A stretch of DNA of 64,000 nucleotides. It comes from a virus (taxonomy: Duplodnaviria; Caudoviricetes). Shown piece by piece: positions 28,121 through 36,981 of this stretch. The position numbers and the translations under genes are program-made. Position 1 is the first letter of the stretch, and every line of letters starts with the position of its first letter. The DNA lies in the IMG/VR virus record IMGVR_UViG_3300033075_000403, positions 10,165-74,164 of that record; one strand, 5' to 3'. The notes under the pieces were generated by a model that was not told the DNA's origin, made no database searches, and saw only the letters and a list, made by a program, of their open reading frames with translations.

Positions 28121-29638
28121 ATGACGATTCGTAACCTTGGACCCATGCCTGCCGAACTGGAACGTGACCATGAGGGTCATCGTACCTACTCGGTCAAGTA
28201 CAAGGTGTCGTCGGACAACTTCGACGACGGCCCGGCCAACGTCATCCAGTTCATGGACTCCGAAATCCCGGTGGGGTCGTACTGGAACATCGGCACCGAC
28301 GTGGACATCTGGGCCTTCCGTCTGTTCACGTCCAAGGTCATGTCTCGTGGTTCCGATGTTGGTGAGAAAACGAAGCACTGGATGGTGGAGTACACCTTCT
28401 CCACGAAGAACCCCAACCGCTGCAACGACACCAAGGTCGAGAACCCCCTGCTGGAACCACCCCGCATCAGTGGTTCCTACACGACAGATCGAGAGGAGTT
28501 CACCGAGGATCGCTTCGGTAAGAAACTCGTCAACAGTGCATGGGAAGCCCTGAAAGGTCCGACCGTTGAATTCGACCGCTCCAACATCACCATCAAGATC
28601 GAACAGAACGTAGCGTCACCGTATCTGGCTTACGAGTTGCCGTACCAGATGATGGATACCGTCAACAAGTATCCGATCTGGGGGTTTGAACCACGACACG
28701 TCAAGTTGTCAGCGGCACCCTTTGAGAAGAAATACTTTGGGACGTGCTTCCCCTACTACTCACGCACCCTTGAATTCAAGATGCGAGCCGATGGGTTCGA
28801 CCGTGACATCCTTGATGAAGGGACCAAGGTTCTCCACGGACACTGGGGTGGTACGTTTCGTCGGCTCGGCACCATCACCGCTGGGTCAACCGCTGTCACA
28901 GGGATGGTAAGCACTCAGAACTTGGCAAACGCTCAGGTGTCCGGCACAGGTATCGCTTCTGGAACCACGGTTCGTGAAGTGACAGGGGCGACCACCTTGA
29001 CACTCTCTGCGGTGGCAACGGCAAGCGGGACCGTGTTTCTGACGTTTACCAGCTCGCAATGGATCTTGGATCAGATCGACGGGCAACTGCCTGACGCTGG
29101 TAATCCCAACCACTTCGACCAGTTTCTTGATCGTCAAGGAAACCCCGGTGTGGTAGTTCTCAACGGATTCGGTATCCCTGCCGACGTGGTACAGGGGAAT
29201 CGTGGGGTTACATGGTACATGGTGATCGACACCGTGTTTGGCAGACCTGCCACCGATACCGCGTTCTTCGTCGAGTTGCGAGGTACTCCACCGGGGTCGG
29301 ACCCCGACTTCACCAGTCCCCCCTTGTGGGATGGAAAGGTGGCATGGGAGAGGGGATCGTTGGTAAACTACCTCGGTCAGACCTACCTCGCCATCCGTGA
29401 CGTGTCACGACCGCCACCACTGGAAATCAACCCCAACCCGACATTCGATGACACGCGATGGCTCTCGGTCAACCCGAACAACATGGGTCAGCTGGTCAAC
29501 GATCCCCTCGTGATCTACAGTCCTGGAGACTACGGATACACGGACTCCTTTGAAACCAAGACATCGGCTGGGAGTGTGCATGTGGAGGCATACCAGGAAA
29601 GCGACTTCCTCGAACTCGGCATCCCGGTCACGCTTTAG
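28121..29638 (+). CDS. tail tip / distal tail protein
   Basis: position after TMP; inserted T/S-rich beta segment and a carbohydrate-binding-like W.RG..V.YLGQTY motif. Confidence 0.6.
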   Translation: MTIRNLGPMPAELERDHEGHRTYSVKYKVSSDNFDDGPANVIQFMDSEIPVGSYWNIGTDVDIWAFRLFTSKVMSRGSDVGEKTKHWMVEYTFSTKNPNRCNDTKVENPLLEPPRISGSYTTDREEFTEDRFGKKLVNSAWEALKGPTVEFDRSNITIKIEQNVASPYLAYELPYQMMDTVNKYPIWGFEPRHVKLSAAPFEKKYFGTCFPYYSRTLEFKMRADGFDRDILDEGTKVLHGHWGGTFRRLGTITAGSTAVTGMVSTQNLANAQVSGTGIASGTTVREVTGATTLTLSAVATASGTVFLTFTSSQWILDQIDGQLPDAGNPNHFDQFLDRQGNPGVVVLNGFGIPADVVQGNRGVTWYMVIDTVFGRPATDTAFFVELRGTPPGSDPDFTSPPLWDGKVAWERGSLVNYLGQTYLAIRDVSRPPPLEINPNPTFDDTRWLSVNPNNMGQLVNDPLVIYSPGDYGYTDSFETKTSAGSVHVEAYQESDFLELGIPVTL

Positions 29639-29647
29639 GAATACGTC

Positions 29648-30064
29648 ATGGCGAATGAAATCACAATCAGCGTCAATGCTCAGGTGAGGAACGGCAACCT
29701 CATTGACCAGACCACCTCGAACTACCGTGCTGACCAGAACGGACTCGGTGGTCCCACGCCTGGCGCACTCCTCATCAGCACGGCGGGAGAGGATGTCACG
29801 CTCACCGATCTGACCACCCCCGGCCTGTGTGTGGTGCAGAACATCGACGAAACCAACTACGTCGAGATGGGGGTCCATGACGGTACACTGTTCCATCCGT
29901 TCATCGAGATCCAACCGGGAGAAACCTACGTCTTCCGGTTCAGCCGCAACCTCGGTGAAGAAGACGATGTGGCGGGTACGGGAACCACGGGCACGGTCAA
30001 CACCATCTTCGCACGCGCCAACACCGCACCCGCATGGATTTTGGTCAAGGCTTACGAGGCATAA
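29648..30064 (+). CDS. minor tail protein
   Basis: position; beta-rich. Confidence 0.55.
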   Translation: MANEITISVNAQVRNGNLIDQTTSNYRADQNGLGGPTPGALLISTAGEDVTLTDLTTPGLCVVQNIDETNYVEMGVHDGTLFHPFIEIQPGETYVFRFSRNLGEEDDVAGTGTTGTVNTIFARANTAPAWILVKAYEA

Positions 30065-30562
30065 ATGGACGACACGGAAGACACTCTGATCGAGGAATGC
30101 CCCTCCTGCACGCCACCCGTGCTTGTGGCAGGCGCTCCCATCGCTCGCACCACGGTGGTGTGTTCGTTCTACCATCAGGCAGCGGGATCACAGCCCAGGC
30201 TGTTCGACGCAACGTGGTGTTCCCCCGCATGGGAGGATGAGGAACCCTTCCAGCGTACCCTCAAGGCCACGGCAGCGTGGAAGGTACTGGCGGCGGGATG
30301 CTGGATCGAGAACGCCGGCATCGTCATCATCCGTAACGACGAGAAACCATCTGCTCACAGTGCTCGCAATCCGACCACGGAAGACCGCGAAGCCGATGCA
30401 GGGAAGACCCTCGAAATCAGTCCTGACGGTCGTACCGATGGGGGGGTGTGGATCATCCCTCCGGGGGAACACATGAGCGGTCGTTTCCCCGTGGTGGGGA
30501 ATCTTCGAGTTCGTTGTCGAAGTGGTGAAGTCAAGTACACGGTTCTGGTTCATCCAGCGTAG
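30065..30562 (+). CDS. minor tail protein
   Basis: position; resembles the 29648 jelly-roll pattern. Confidence 0.5.
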   Translation: MDDTEDTLIEECPSCTPPVLVAGAPIARTTVVCSFYHQAAGSQPRLFDATWCSPAWEDEEPFQRTLKATAAWKVLAAGCWIENAGIVIIRNDEKPSAHSARNPTTEDREADAGKTLEISPDGRTDGGVWIIPPGEHMSGRFPVVGNLRVRCRSGEVKYTVLVHPA

Positions 30563-30570
30563 GAGCGTTC

Positions 30571-31635
30571 GTGGCGCGACAGCAGGTATACACCCTGAGC
30601 GAGAATGACATCAAGGCGTTGCGCGACCTCATGCGCAAGGTCAAGGACATCGGTACGACCACGAAGAATCGTCCCCACGTTCCTCCCGCAATCCCCAACG
30701 CCACGGATTGCTACATCGCTCTGGTTCCCGCAGGTGGGATTGGGGGTATGGCCCTCTCCCCCTACTACACCACGCTGGAGTTCCCACAAGGCAACCTACC
30801 CTCCTTCAACACCTGCGACATCTACCACCTTGAGGACGGCGATCTTGGTAAGGAGTTGATGCCCGCTGGTTTCACCGAAAACGTCTACAACCTGTCCGTG
30901 AACCCCATCGCCGGTGGGACATGGGTGCAGGTCACCAAGGACAAGTTCGGGACGTGGTGGGCGGAAACCGCAGTGGGAGGAAACCCCTCCGAGGGCGACT
31001 ACACCGGCACTGGGACCGGCACCGGGTCGGATCACCAGACCTCGTGTGATCCCATCGAACTCATCGAGACGGAAATCTGGTGCGTGGACAACCTCGGCAC
31101 CACTGGCACCGGACCCAAACAAGGCGATCTTCAGCTGTTCGAGAGGACGATCACTCTCGACATCATGAACGGATGCCTCACGAAATCCACAGGGGCGTGG
31201 AGGTACGTTCGCACGGTTGGGTGCTGCGATCCGTCCTGCATCTCGGATGGAAACCAGACCGGAACGGGTACGGGAACTGGAACCAACGACGGCGGAACCC
31301 CTGTCCCAACCCCTCAGCCCTGCACGGGGTTCCCAACGGTGTCCTCTGCTACGTTCACCAACAAGACGGGGGATTGCACCTGTCTCCCCGATAATCCAAG
31401 CATCAGCGGTGGCACGTCGTCTCCTGTGGTTCTTACCACAATGACATGCCCCGGCAACGTCACATTGACGCTCGATTGTACAGGCGGTTTCATCGCGTTG
31501 ACCACAGGTACGGGTGGTATCGTCATCACTCTGGTATCCGCTTCTTCCACGCTGCTCGTCTACGACATCACCGGCTACGGGGCCAACTGCGGTACGGACG
31601 GCGGCGCACGGCTTACTCTGATCGGGACATTCTAA
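30571..31635 (+). CDS. Cys-rich tail protein with (GT)n repeats
   Basis: TGTGTGTG runs; many Cys in the C-terminal half. Confidence 0.6.
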   Translation: MARQQVYTLSENDIKALRDLMRKVKDIGTTTKNRPHVPPAIPNATDCYIALVPAGGIGGMALSPYYTTLEFPQGNLPSFNTCDIYHLEDGDLGKELMPAGFTENVYNLSVNPIAGGTWVQVTKDKFGTWWAETAVGGNPSEGDYTGTGTGTGSDHQTSCDPIELIETEIWCVDNLGTTGTGPKQGDLQLFERTITLDIMNGCLTKSTGAWRYVRTVGCCDPSCISDGNQTGTGTGTGTNDGGTPVPTPQPCTGFPTVSSATFTNKTGDCTCLPDNPSISGGTSSPVVLTTMTCPGNVTLTLDCTGGFIALTTGTGGIVITLVSASSTLLVYDITGYGANCGTDGGARLTLIGTF

Positions 31636-32633
31636 TGGGGTACTACTGTCACCGGGTTCCTTCTCCGAAGGATTGTCCTATCTGTGCAAGATGTGAAACC
31701 GACGAGGAGTTCCGTCGTCAGGTACAGTCCATCCCACTCCCCCTGTGGCAACGACCAGGCGGTGTTCCCAAGCAAAAGCTATCCATCAACGAACTGGCGG
31801 TGAAACGGAAACGGTGTGGTGAGGCGAAACGTGCTGGATTACCCTGTAACGAGTTCCAGACCTCCTCAGGCGATGTTACCCCTATGAAGCGTCTCCAATG
31901 GGCTTACGGTGTCACCACGGTGCCTTCTCGAAGGAACAACCTGCTTCCACGCACCTTGCGATCCCTGTCCGACGCCGGATTCGACCGTCCGAGGTTGTTT
32001 GTGGACGGGGGAAGTACGGAGGGGTGGTGTCACTTCGGACTGGACGTGACGATTCGTGGGGGTGATCCCGCTCGAACTCACGGCAACTGGCACCTGACTT
32101 TGCTCGAACTGTTCATTCGACAGCCCAACGCGGATCGGTATGCGGTGTTTCAGGATGACTTCGTGACAGTCAAAGGATTGCGTACCTACATCGAATCATC
32201 CCCCTGGCCTGGGAAGGGGTATTTGAACCTCTACACGTTCCCCTCGAATCAGGCTGTTGCTCCCCTCGATTCGGGGGGGCGTGTAGGGAGGTGGTACGAA
32301 GCACGGTTGCTCAATAGCGGTTCTGGTGAGCATCGTCTACAAACAGGACGTGGTGCGGTGGCACTGGTGTTTAATCAGGAATCCGCACTTGCTATACTAG
32401 GGTCAACCGAATTTCTATCAAGACCTCTGGACCCCAACCGTGGGCATCGTGCTGTTGATGGTGGTGTCGTCACCGCTCTCAACAAGTTAGGGTTCCGAGA
32501 ATACGTCCACGACATATCGTTGGTCCAGCATACAGGGGATGTGAGCAGCATGGGTAGTAAACCCCATCCCAAGGCAAAATCGTTTCCTGGTGAAACGTGG
32601 GACGCGATGGAGTTGTTGAAGGAAACGGCTTGA
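31635..32633 (+). CDS. GT-A-fold glycosyltransferase with Cys-rich N-terminus
   Basis: YGVTTVPSR...LPRTLRSL, AVFQDDFV (DxD), SLVQHTG; TAATG coupling to the tail gene. Confidence 0.7.
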   Translation: MGYYCHRVPSPKDCPICARCETDEEFRRQVQSIPLPLWQRPGGVPKQKLSINELAVKRKRCGEAKRAGLPCNEFQTSSGDVTPMKRLQWAYGVTTVPSRRNNLLPRTLRSLSDAGFDRPRLFVDGGSTEGWCHFGLDVTIRGGDPARTHGNWHLTLLELFIRQPNADRYAVFQDDFVTVKGLRTYIESSPWPGKGYLNLYTFPSNQAVAPLDSGGRVGRWYEARLLNSGSGEHRLQTGRGAVALVFNQESALAILGSTEFLSRPLDPNRGHRAVDGGVVTALNKLGFREYVHDISLVQHTGDVSSMGSKPHPKAKSFPGETWDAMELLKETA

Positions 32634-32671
32634 TGCTAAACTTTTGCAAATTTTCGAGGGGACGGTGATAT

Positions 32672-33079
32672 ATGGCGATGCGACTTTCCACAGCAGCCCG
32701 CAATGCCGCTTGCGACGCAATTGTGGACTTGATCGACGGCGGCACACCACCTGGGACGTGTGCGATTCGCACCGGGACACAGCCGACCAACGTAGGTGAC
32801 GCCGACACGGGAACGCTGCTCGGCACGCTCACGTTCTCAACAACCGCTTTCGGCGCTGCCGCAACCGGAGTCGCGACAGCCGCATCAATCACCAGCGACA
32901 GCAGCGCTGACAACAGCGGCACCGTTGGTCATGCGCGAATCAAAAACGCTGCCGGGTCGATTCTATTCGATTGCACCTGCGCCCAAGGATCGGGTGACAT
33001 CAATTTCGACAACGGTACTATCGTTGCCGGTGGCGTGATTGCAATTTCCTCCATGACTGTTACCGTACCGATTAGCTAA
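32672..33079 (+). CDS. virion structural protein
   Basis: STAARNAACDAIVDLID, T/G/A/S-rich; common phage tail-associated pattern. Confidence 0.65.
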   Translation: MAMRLSTAARNAACDAIVDLIDGGTPPGTCAIRTGTQPTNVGDADTGTLLGTLTFSTTAFGAAATGVATAASITSDSSADNSGTVGHARIKNAAGSILFDCTCAQGSGDINFDNGTIVAGGVIAISSMTVTVPIS

Positions 33080-33089
33080 GGAACAAACC

Positions 33090-33485
33090 ATGCAAGCACG
33101 AATTGGTGGCACGTTTGCCCCGTCGCTGGACGCTGACAAACTGGTCGTGTATAAGACGCTGGCAGCAGCAGCGTCGCCGAAGATCGCGGAGGCGATGGGC
33201 AAGCTAATCTCCATGATCGAGGAATTCCGCAAAACGCCGGACTCGGCGAATCCTGGCAAGCCGCATCCTTCGGGGCGTGGTGTTATCGTACCGTTGGAAA
33301 ATGCCGAGATTGTCCGCATGGATGCGCACGTTCCCTGGGACGATGAGTTGAATTTGTGGGCGACGTGGTTTGAAGGTATCAGTCCGACCGACGCAAAACC
33401 GCTTCGTGACGCGGCTTTTCATTTGCTTTGGTTTGGCCGGGAACTGTTTCTTGATCGCGAGCCGATGACGACCGACAAGCTGTAG
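33090..33485 (+). CDS. hypothetical protein
   Basis: AAGGA RBS; fills the operon. Confidence 0.6.
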   Translation: MQARIGGTFAPSLDADKLVVYKTLAAAASPKIAEAMGKLISMIEEFRKTPDSANPGKPHPSGRGVIVPLENAEIVRMDAHVPWDDELNLWATWFEGISPTDAKPLRDAAFHLLWFGRELFLDREPMTTDKL

Positions 33486-33494
33486 GAGCAAGCG

Positions 33495-34115
33495 ATGCCG
33501 ACCCAAGCCGAACGTGCCGAATGGGTGTCCGCTCCTGTCGTCCTCACCGACTCCGAATTGTTGATCGGTAGCCGGCAGGTCATGCAGTCGTGGGAACGCC
33601 CCATCATGGAAAGGATGGCGGCGGCGGTTGCATGCGGCGACATGCTGGAGGTCGGTTTCGGCATGGGCATCTCGGCGAACGCCATCATGCGGCACGGCTG
33701 CAAAAGCTACACAGTCATCGAGGCACACCCCGCAATTGCAGCGAACGCAAGATGCTGGGGCGAACGCCAATCGGTGCCGGTCACAGTGGTCGAGGGGTTC
33801 TGGCAGGACATCGCCCCGCTCGTTGCGGATCGGTTCGACGGCATCCTCTACGACACGTTCCCGGTCGGCGACGATTACACGGACCACGGCCCGGCATTCG
33901 TGGCGATGGCCCGGCTGCTTCGTCCCGGTGGGCGGTTCACCTACTACACCGGCCAGCCCGAATCGGTGCTTGTCAACGACCTGAAAACACTACTGAATGA
34001 GTTTGATTCGGTCGAGATTTCCCGCACCAAAAATCTGACCCCGCACAACGGTTGCGACTACTTCCACGGCCAGCAAATGGTAGTCGTCGTCGCCACGAAA
34101 GGAACGGCATCATGA
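33495..34115 (+). CDS. GAMT/Rmt2-like class I SAM methyltransferase
   Basis: MQSWERPIM, MLEVGFGMGISA, VIEAHP, GFWQD, FDGILYDTFP mirror guanidinoacetate N-methyltransferase motifs. Confidence 0.82.
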   Translation: MPTQAERAEWVSAPVVLTDSELLIGSRQVMQSWERPIMERMAAAVACGDMLEVGFGMGISANAIMRHGCKSYTVIEAHPAIAANARCWGERQSVPVTVVEGFWQDIAPLVADRFDGILYDTFPVGDDYTDHGPAFVAMARLLRPGGRFTYYTGQPESVLVNDLKTLLNEFDSVEISRTKNLTPHNGCDYFHGQQMVVVVATKGTAS

Positions 34116-34699
34116 GCGTTTTTGAATCGACCACGCCCGGTTCGGACTCGTGGACTGCCCCCGCAGCCGGGACCATCACGGTCGAGGCGTGGGGCGGTGG
34201 TGGTGGCGGCGGGCCAACCTACGGCGACGGCGGCGCAGGAGGCGGGGCATACAGCCGCGTCGAAGGCGTGGTGGTCGCTGCGTCCGAGGTCGTCGCGTAC
34301 ACCGTCGGCGCTGGCGGTGCGCCGGGTGTTGATGGTGAAGCGTCTTCAGTTGGTGGCGTCTGCATCGCTCCTGGTGGAATCGCTTCCACGGGCAAGCCGG
34401 GCGGCGCTGGTGGCTCCGGCGCAACGGGTGACGTGACCTTCAGCGGCGGGGCAGGCGAGACGGCAATCCCTTCTGGACGTGGCTGGAAAGAAGGTTGCGG
34501 CGGCTCGTCTGCCGGGATCGAGGGCAACGGCACCTCGCCGGTCAACACGGGCTGCGGTGGCCTCGCCCCGGAAGGCGGCGGCGACGGAGGCGGCGGGGCT
34601 GCCACGGGCTTCTGGGCGGAAGCCAAGATTCCAGGTGGAGGGGCGCACGCTCGCAAGACCGGAGCAGCGGGGAAAATCCGAATCACTTTCACGGTTTAA
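34112..34699 (+). CDS. glycine-rich tail-associated protein
   Basis: WTAPAAGTITVEAWGGGGGGG...GGGAYS. Confidence 0.7.
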   Translation: MSVFESTTPGSDSWTAPAAGTITVEAWGGGGGGGPTYGDGGAGGGAYSRVEGVVVAASEVVAYTVGAGGAPGVDGEASSVGGVCIAPGGIASTGKPGGAGGSGATGDVTFSGGAGETAIPSGRGWKEGCGGSSAGIEGNGTSPVNTGCGGLAPEGGGDGGGGAATGFWAEAKIPGGGAHARKTGAAGKIRITFTV

Positions 34700-34720
34700 C
34701 AAGCAAAGGCAGGGCAGACG

Positions 34721-35017
34721 ATGGCAGACATTACCGATCCGCAGGCGATTCGATTCGTGAACGAGCAGGTGCGCCCGCTGTGCGAGCGTGCCCGCGCACT
34801 CAAGGCGGAAATCGACGCGATGACAACCGCCTGGTATGGCGGCATCAATGCGAAGTTTCCGAACGACTCGTCCCCGCTGGTGGACGGGCGCGCCGCCGAG
34901 GGGGTTTCGCAACTCACTGGGGCGCAGGTCAATTCAGCGGTGGGGCAACTGATCGGCATTGCACCCAACGCGGAGATTGTTGCTGCGCCGTGCGTGCGTC
35001 CCCTGTCCGCATCGTAG
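34721..35017 (+). CDS. hypothetical protein (possible fibre chaperone)
   Basis: helical small ORF between fibre-type genes. Confidence 0.55.
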   Translation: MADITDPQAIRFVNEQVRPLCERARALKAEIDAMTTAWYGGINAKFPNDSSPLVDGRAAEGVSQLTGAQVNSAVGQLIGIAPNAEIVAAPCVRPLSAS

Positions 35018-35029
35018 CGAGGTGACGAG

Positions 35030-36448
35030 ATGTCGTTCACAGATTTTTTCACAAATGCCTCCACCGGCTCCAACATGAACGGCGGGAGCGACGAAAACAC
35101 GTCGCCAGCCTACTCCGCGACCAATGGCGGTTGGAACAGTGGGACCGGGGTATTCACGCCGACCAGCGGTGACCCGTCTGCTGTGTCTCCCACGCTGGTA
35201 GGACAGTTTGCCCACGTCTTCACGGACGGCAGCACGACGCCGACTCGCATCGCTCGCGTGACGGCGGTGTCGTCCACCACGCTGACCCTTAGCACTACGG
35301 CGGGCAGCGGCACGGCTCCAACGACGGCGGGGACTGGAATCAGCGTCAATGTCGGCGGCGTGTGGAAGGGACCGAACGGGACGGTTGGCTTTCCATTCTC
35401 CGGGGCGACACTTACCAGCGCTGCCACGAACGCCTCCGGCGACCTTCCGTTTATCAACATGAAAAACGGCACGAACTACGCAATCACCGCCGCAATCACC
35501 TGGAGTTCGGCCAATGTCAGCGTCGGCGGCTACACGTCCACGGTTCGCGACGGCGGCAAAGCGGTCATCGACGGCGGCACGAGCGGGTCAAGCTACGTCC
35601 TGCTGACCGTTTCCGGAACGCCATGCGAGGTCATGGATTTGATCCTGCAAAACAACGGCGCGACAGGCTCCGCAGCCGGGTTGTCCAACTCCAACAATCG
35701 AAACACGTTTCGCCGCGTCGTGGTCAACTCCGTCCGTGGGGCCGGGTTCGTCAATACGTTTGTTGGCAGGTTCACCCAGTGCGAAGCGTATGCCTGCAAC
35801 CAATCGAACACGGCGGCGACCGCAGGGTTCAATATCACTGCGGCGGCGGTCCTCAAAAGGTGCGTGTCGCACGACAACACCGGGAGCAACTCCAGCGGAT
35901 TCGTCATCACACCAACCGTTCCGGTGACGCTGATTGGGTGCATCGCCGACACAAACGGACAGCACGGATTCAGCGGTACAGGGATTGGGCCGGTGGTGCT
36001 TCAGAACTGCATCGCGTCCGCAAACACCAGCGACGGGGCCAGGCACGCCGACGCGACATGCGCATGGGACGTGGAGAACTGCATATTCTCCACGAACGGC
36101 GGCTACGGCTTCACCTCCACGGCGAATGCGGGGGACGAGTTGGTCAACAACGCCTTTCGTTCCAACACGTCCGGCCAGACCAACAACACTAACGCCGATC
36201 TCGTCACCGGCTCCGTCACACTGACCGGCGACCCGTTCACCGACGCCGCCAATGGCGACTTCACGCTTAACAACACGTCTGGAGCTGGTGCGTCCTGTCG
36301 TGGCGCTGGCATCGGCACATACACGCAGACGGCGAGCAGCTACGCGGGCACGGTCGGTTATCCCGACATCGGCATTCAGCATCAAGAAACGGGCGGTGGT
36401 GGCCCTGTTGCCCGCCAAACGATTCGCACAAACATCGGAACCTACTAG
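35030..36448 (+). CDS. right-handed beta-helix (pectin-lyase-like) tailspike
   Basis: repeating Asn/Cys ladders (CEAYACN, CVSHDN, CIADTN, CIASAN, CIFSTN) followed by G(F)x motifs. Confidence 0.78.
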   Translation: MSFTDFFTNASTGSNMNGGSDENTSPAYSATNGGWNSGTGVFTPTSGDPSAVSPTLVGQFAHVFTDGSTTPTRIARVTAVSSTTLTLSTTAGSGTAPTTAGTGISVNVGGVWKGPNGTVGFPFSGATLTSAATNASGDLPFINMKNGTNYAITAAITWSSANVSVGGYTSTVRDGGKAVIDGGTSGSSYVLLTVSGTPCEVMDLILQNNGATGSAAGLSNSNNRNTFRRVVVNSVRGAGFVNTFVGRFTQCEAYACNQSNTAATAGFNITAAAVLKRCVSHDNTGSNSSGFVITPTVPVTLIGCIADTNGQHGFSGTGIGPVVLQNCIASANTSDGARHADATCAWDVENCIFSTNGGYGFTSTANAGDELVNNAFRSNTSGQTNNTNADLVTGSVTLTGDPFTDAANGDFTLNNTSGAGASCRGAGIGTYTQTASSYAGTVGYPDIGIQHQETGGGGPVARQTIRTNIGTY

Positions 36449-36464
36449 CAAAGGCAGACATATC

Positions 36465-36980
36465 ATGGGCGCTCTCTTTCTTGTCGCGAATGGTCCGATG
36501 CAGACCACGGCGGCTTTCGCTGCGGTTACAACAGGCACGGCAATTAAGACCATGATCCAGATCAAGCCTGGATCAACCACTCCGCTCCGGGTGGTTGACT
36601 GGTGGATCAGCTTTGACGGGTATGTTGCAGCGACACCGATCAAGGTTGAGTTGATCGAAACAGACGTGGCTGCGACTGTAACCGCGTATGCGGCTGCGGA
36701 CATCACCAAGCTCAATGCCGATGCGTTGATGTTCGGCGATCCAACCACGGCATTGATCGCGGTCGGCACCACGTCGAGCGGCTACACATCAACCAGCGAG
36801 GGTTCGATTACTTCGGTGCGAAACCTTGCGCCGCCTCAGTTCATCGCGCCGACCAACCAGAACATCATCCAGATGCCGCTTGGCCGCGAAGCATTGATTC
36901 AGGCTGGCAAGTTTGGGCGAATCCGCGTGACGGCTGGCGCTGCGGTCAACTGCTACTGCGGCATGACCCTGGAGGGGTAA
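36465..36980 (+). CDS. tail-associated protein
   Basis: AAGG RBS; beta-rich jelly-roll pattern. Confidence 0.55.
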   Translation: MGALFLVANGPMQTTAAFAAVTTGTAIKTMIQIKPGSTTPLRVVDWWISFDGYVAATPIKVELIETDVAATVTAYAAADITKLNADALMFGDPTTALIAVGTTSSGYTSTSEGSITSVRNLAPPQFIAPTNQNIIQMPLGREALIQAGKFGRIRVTAGAAVNCYCGMTLEG

Positions 36981-36981
36981 C

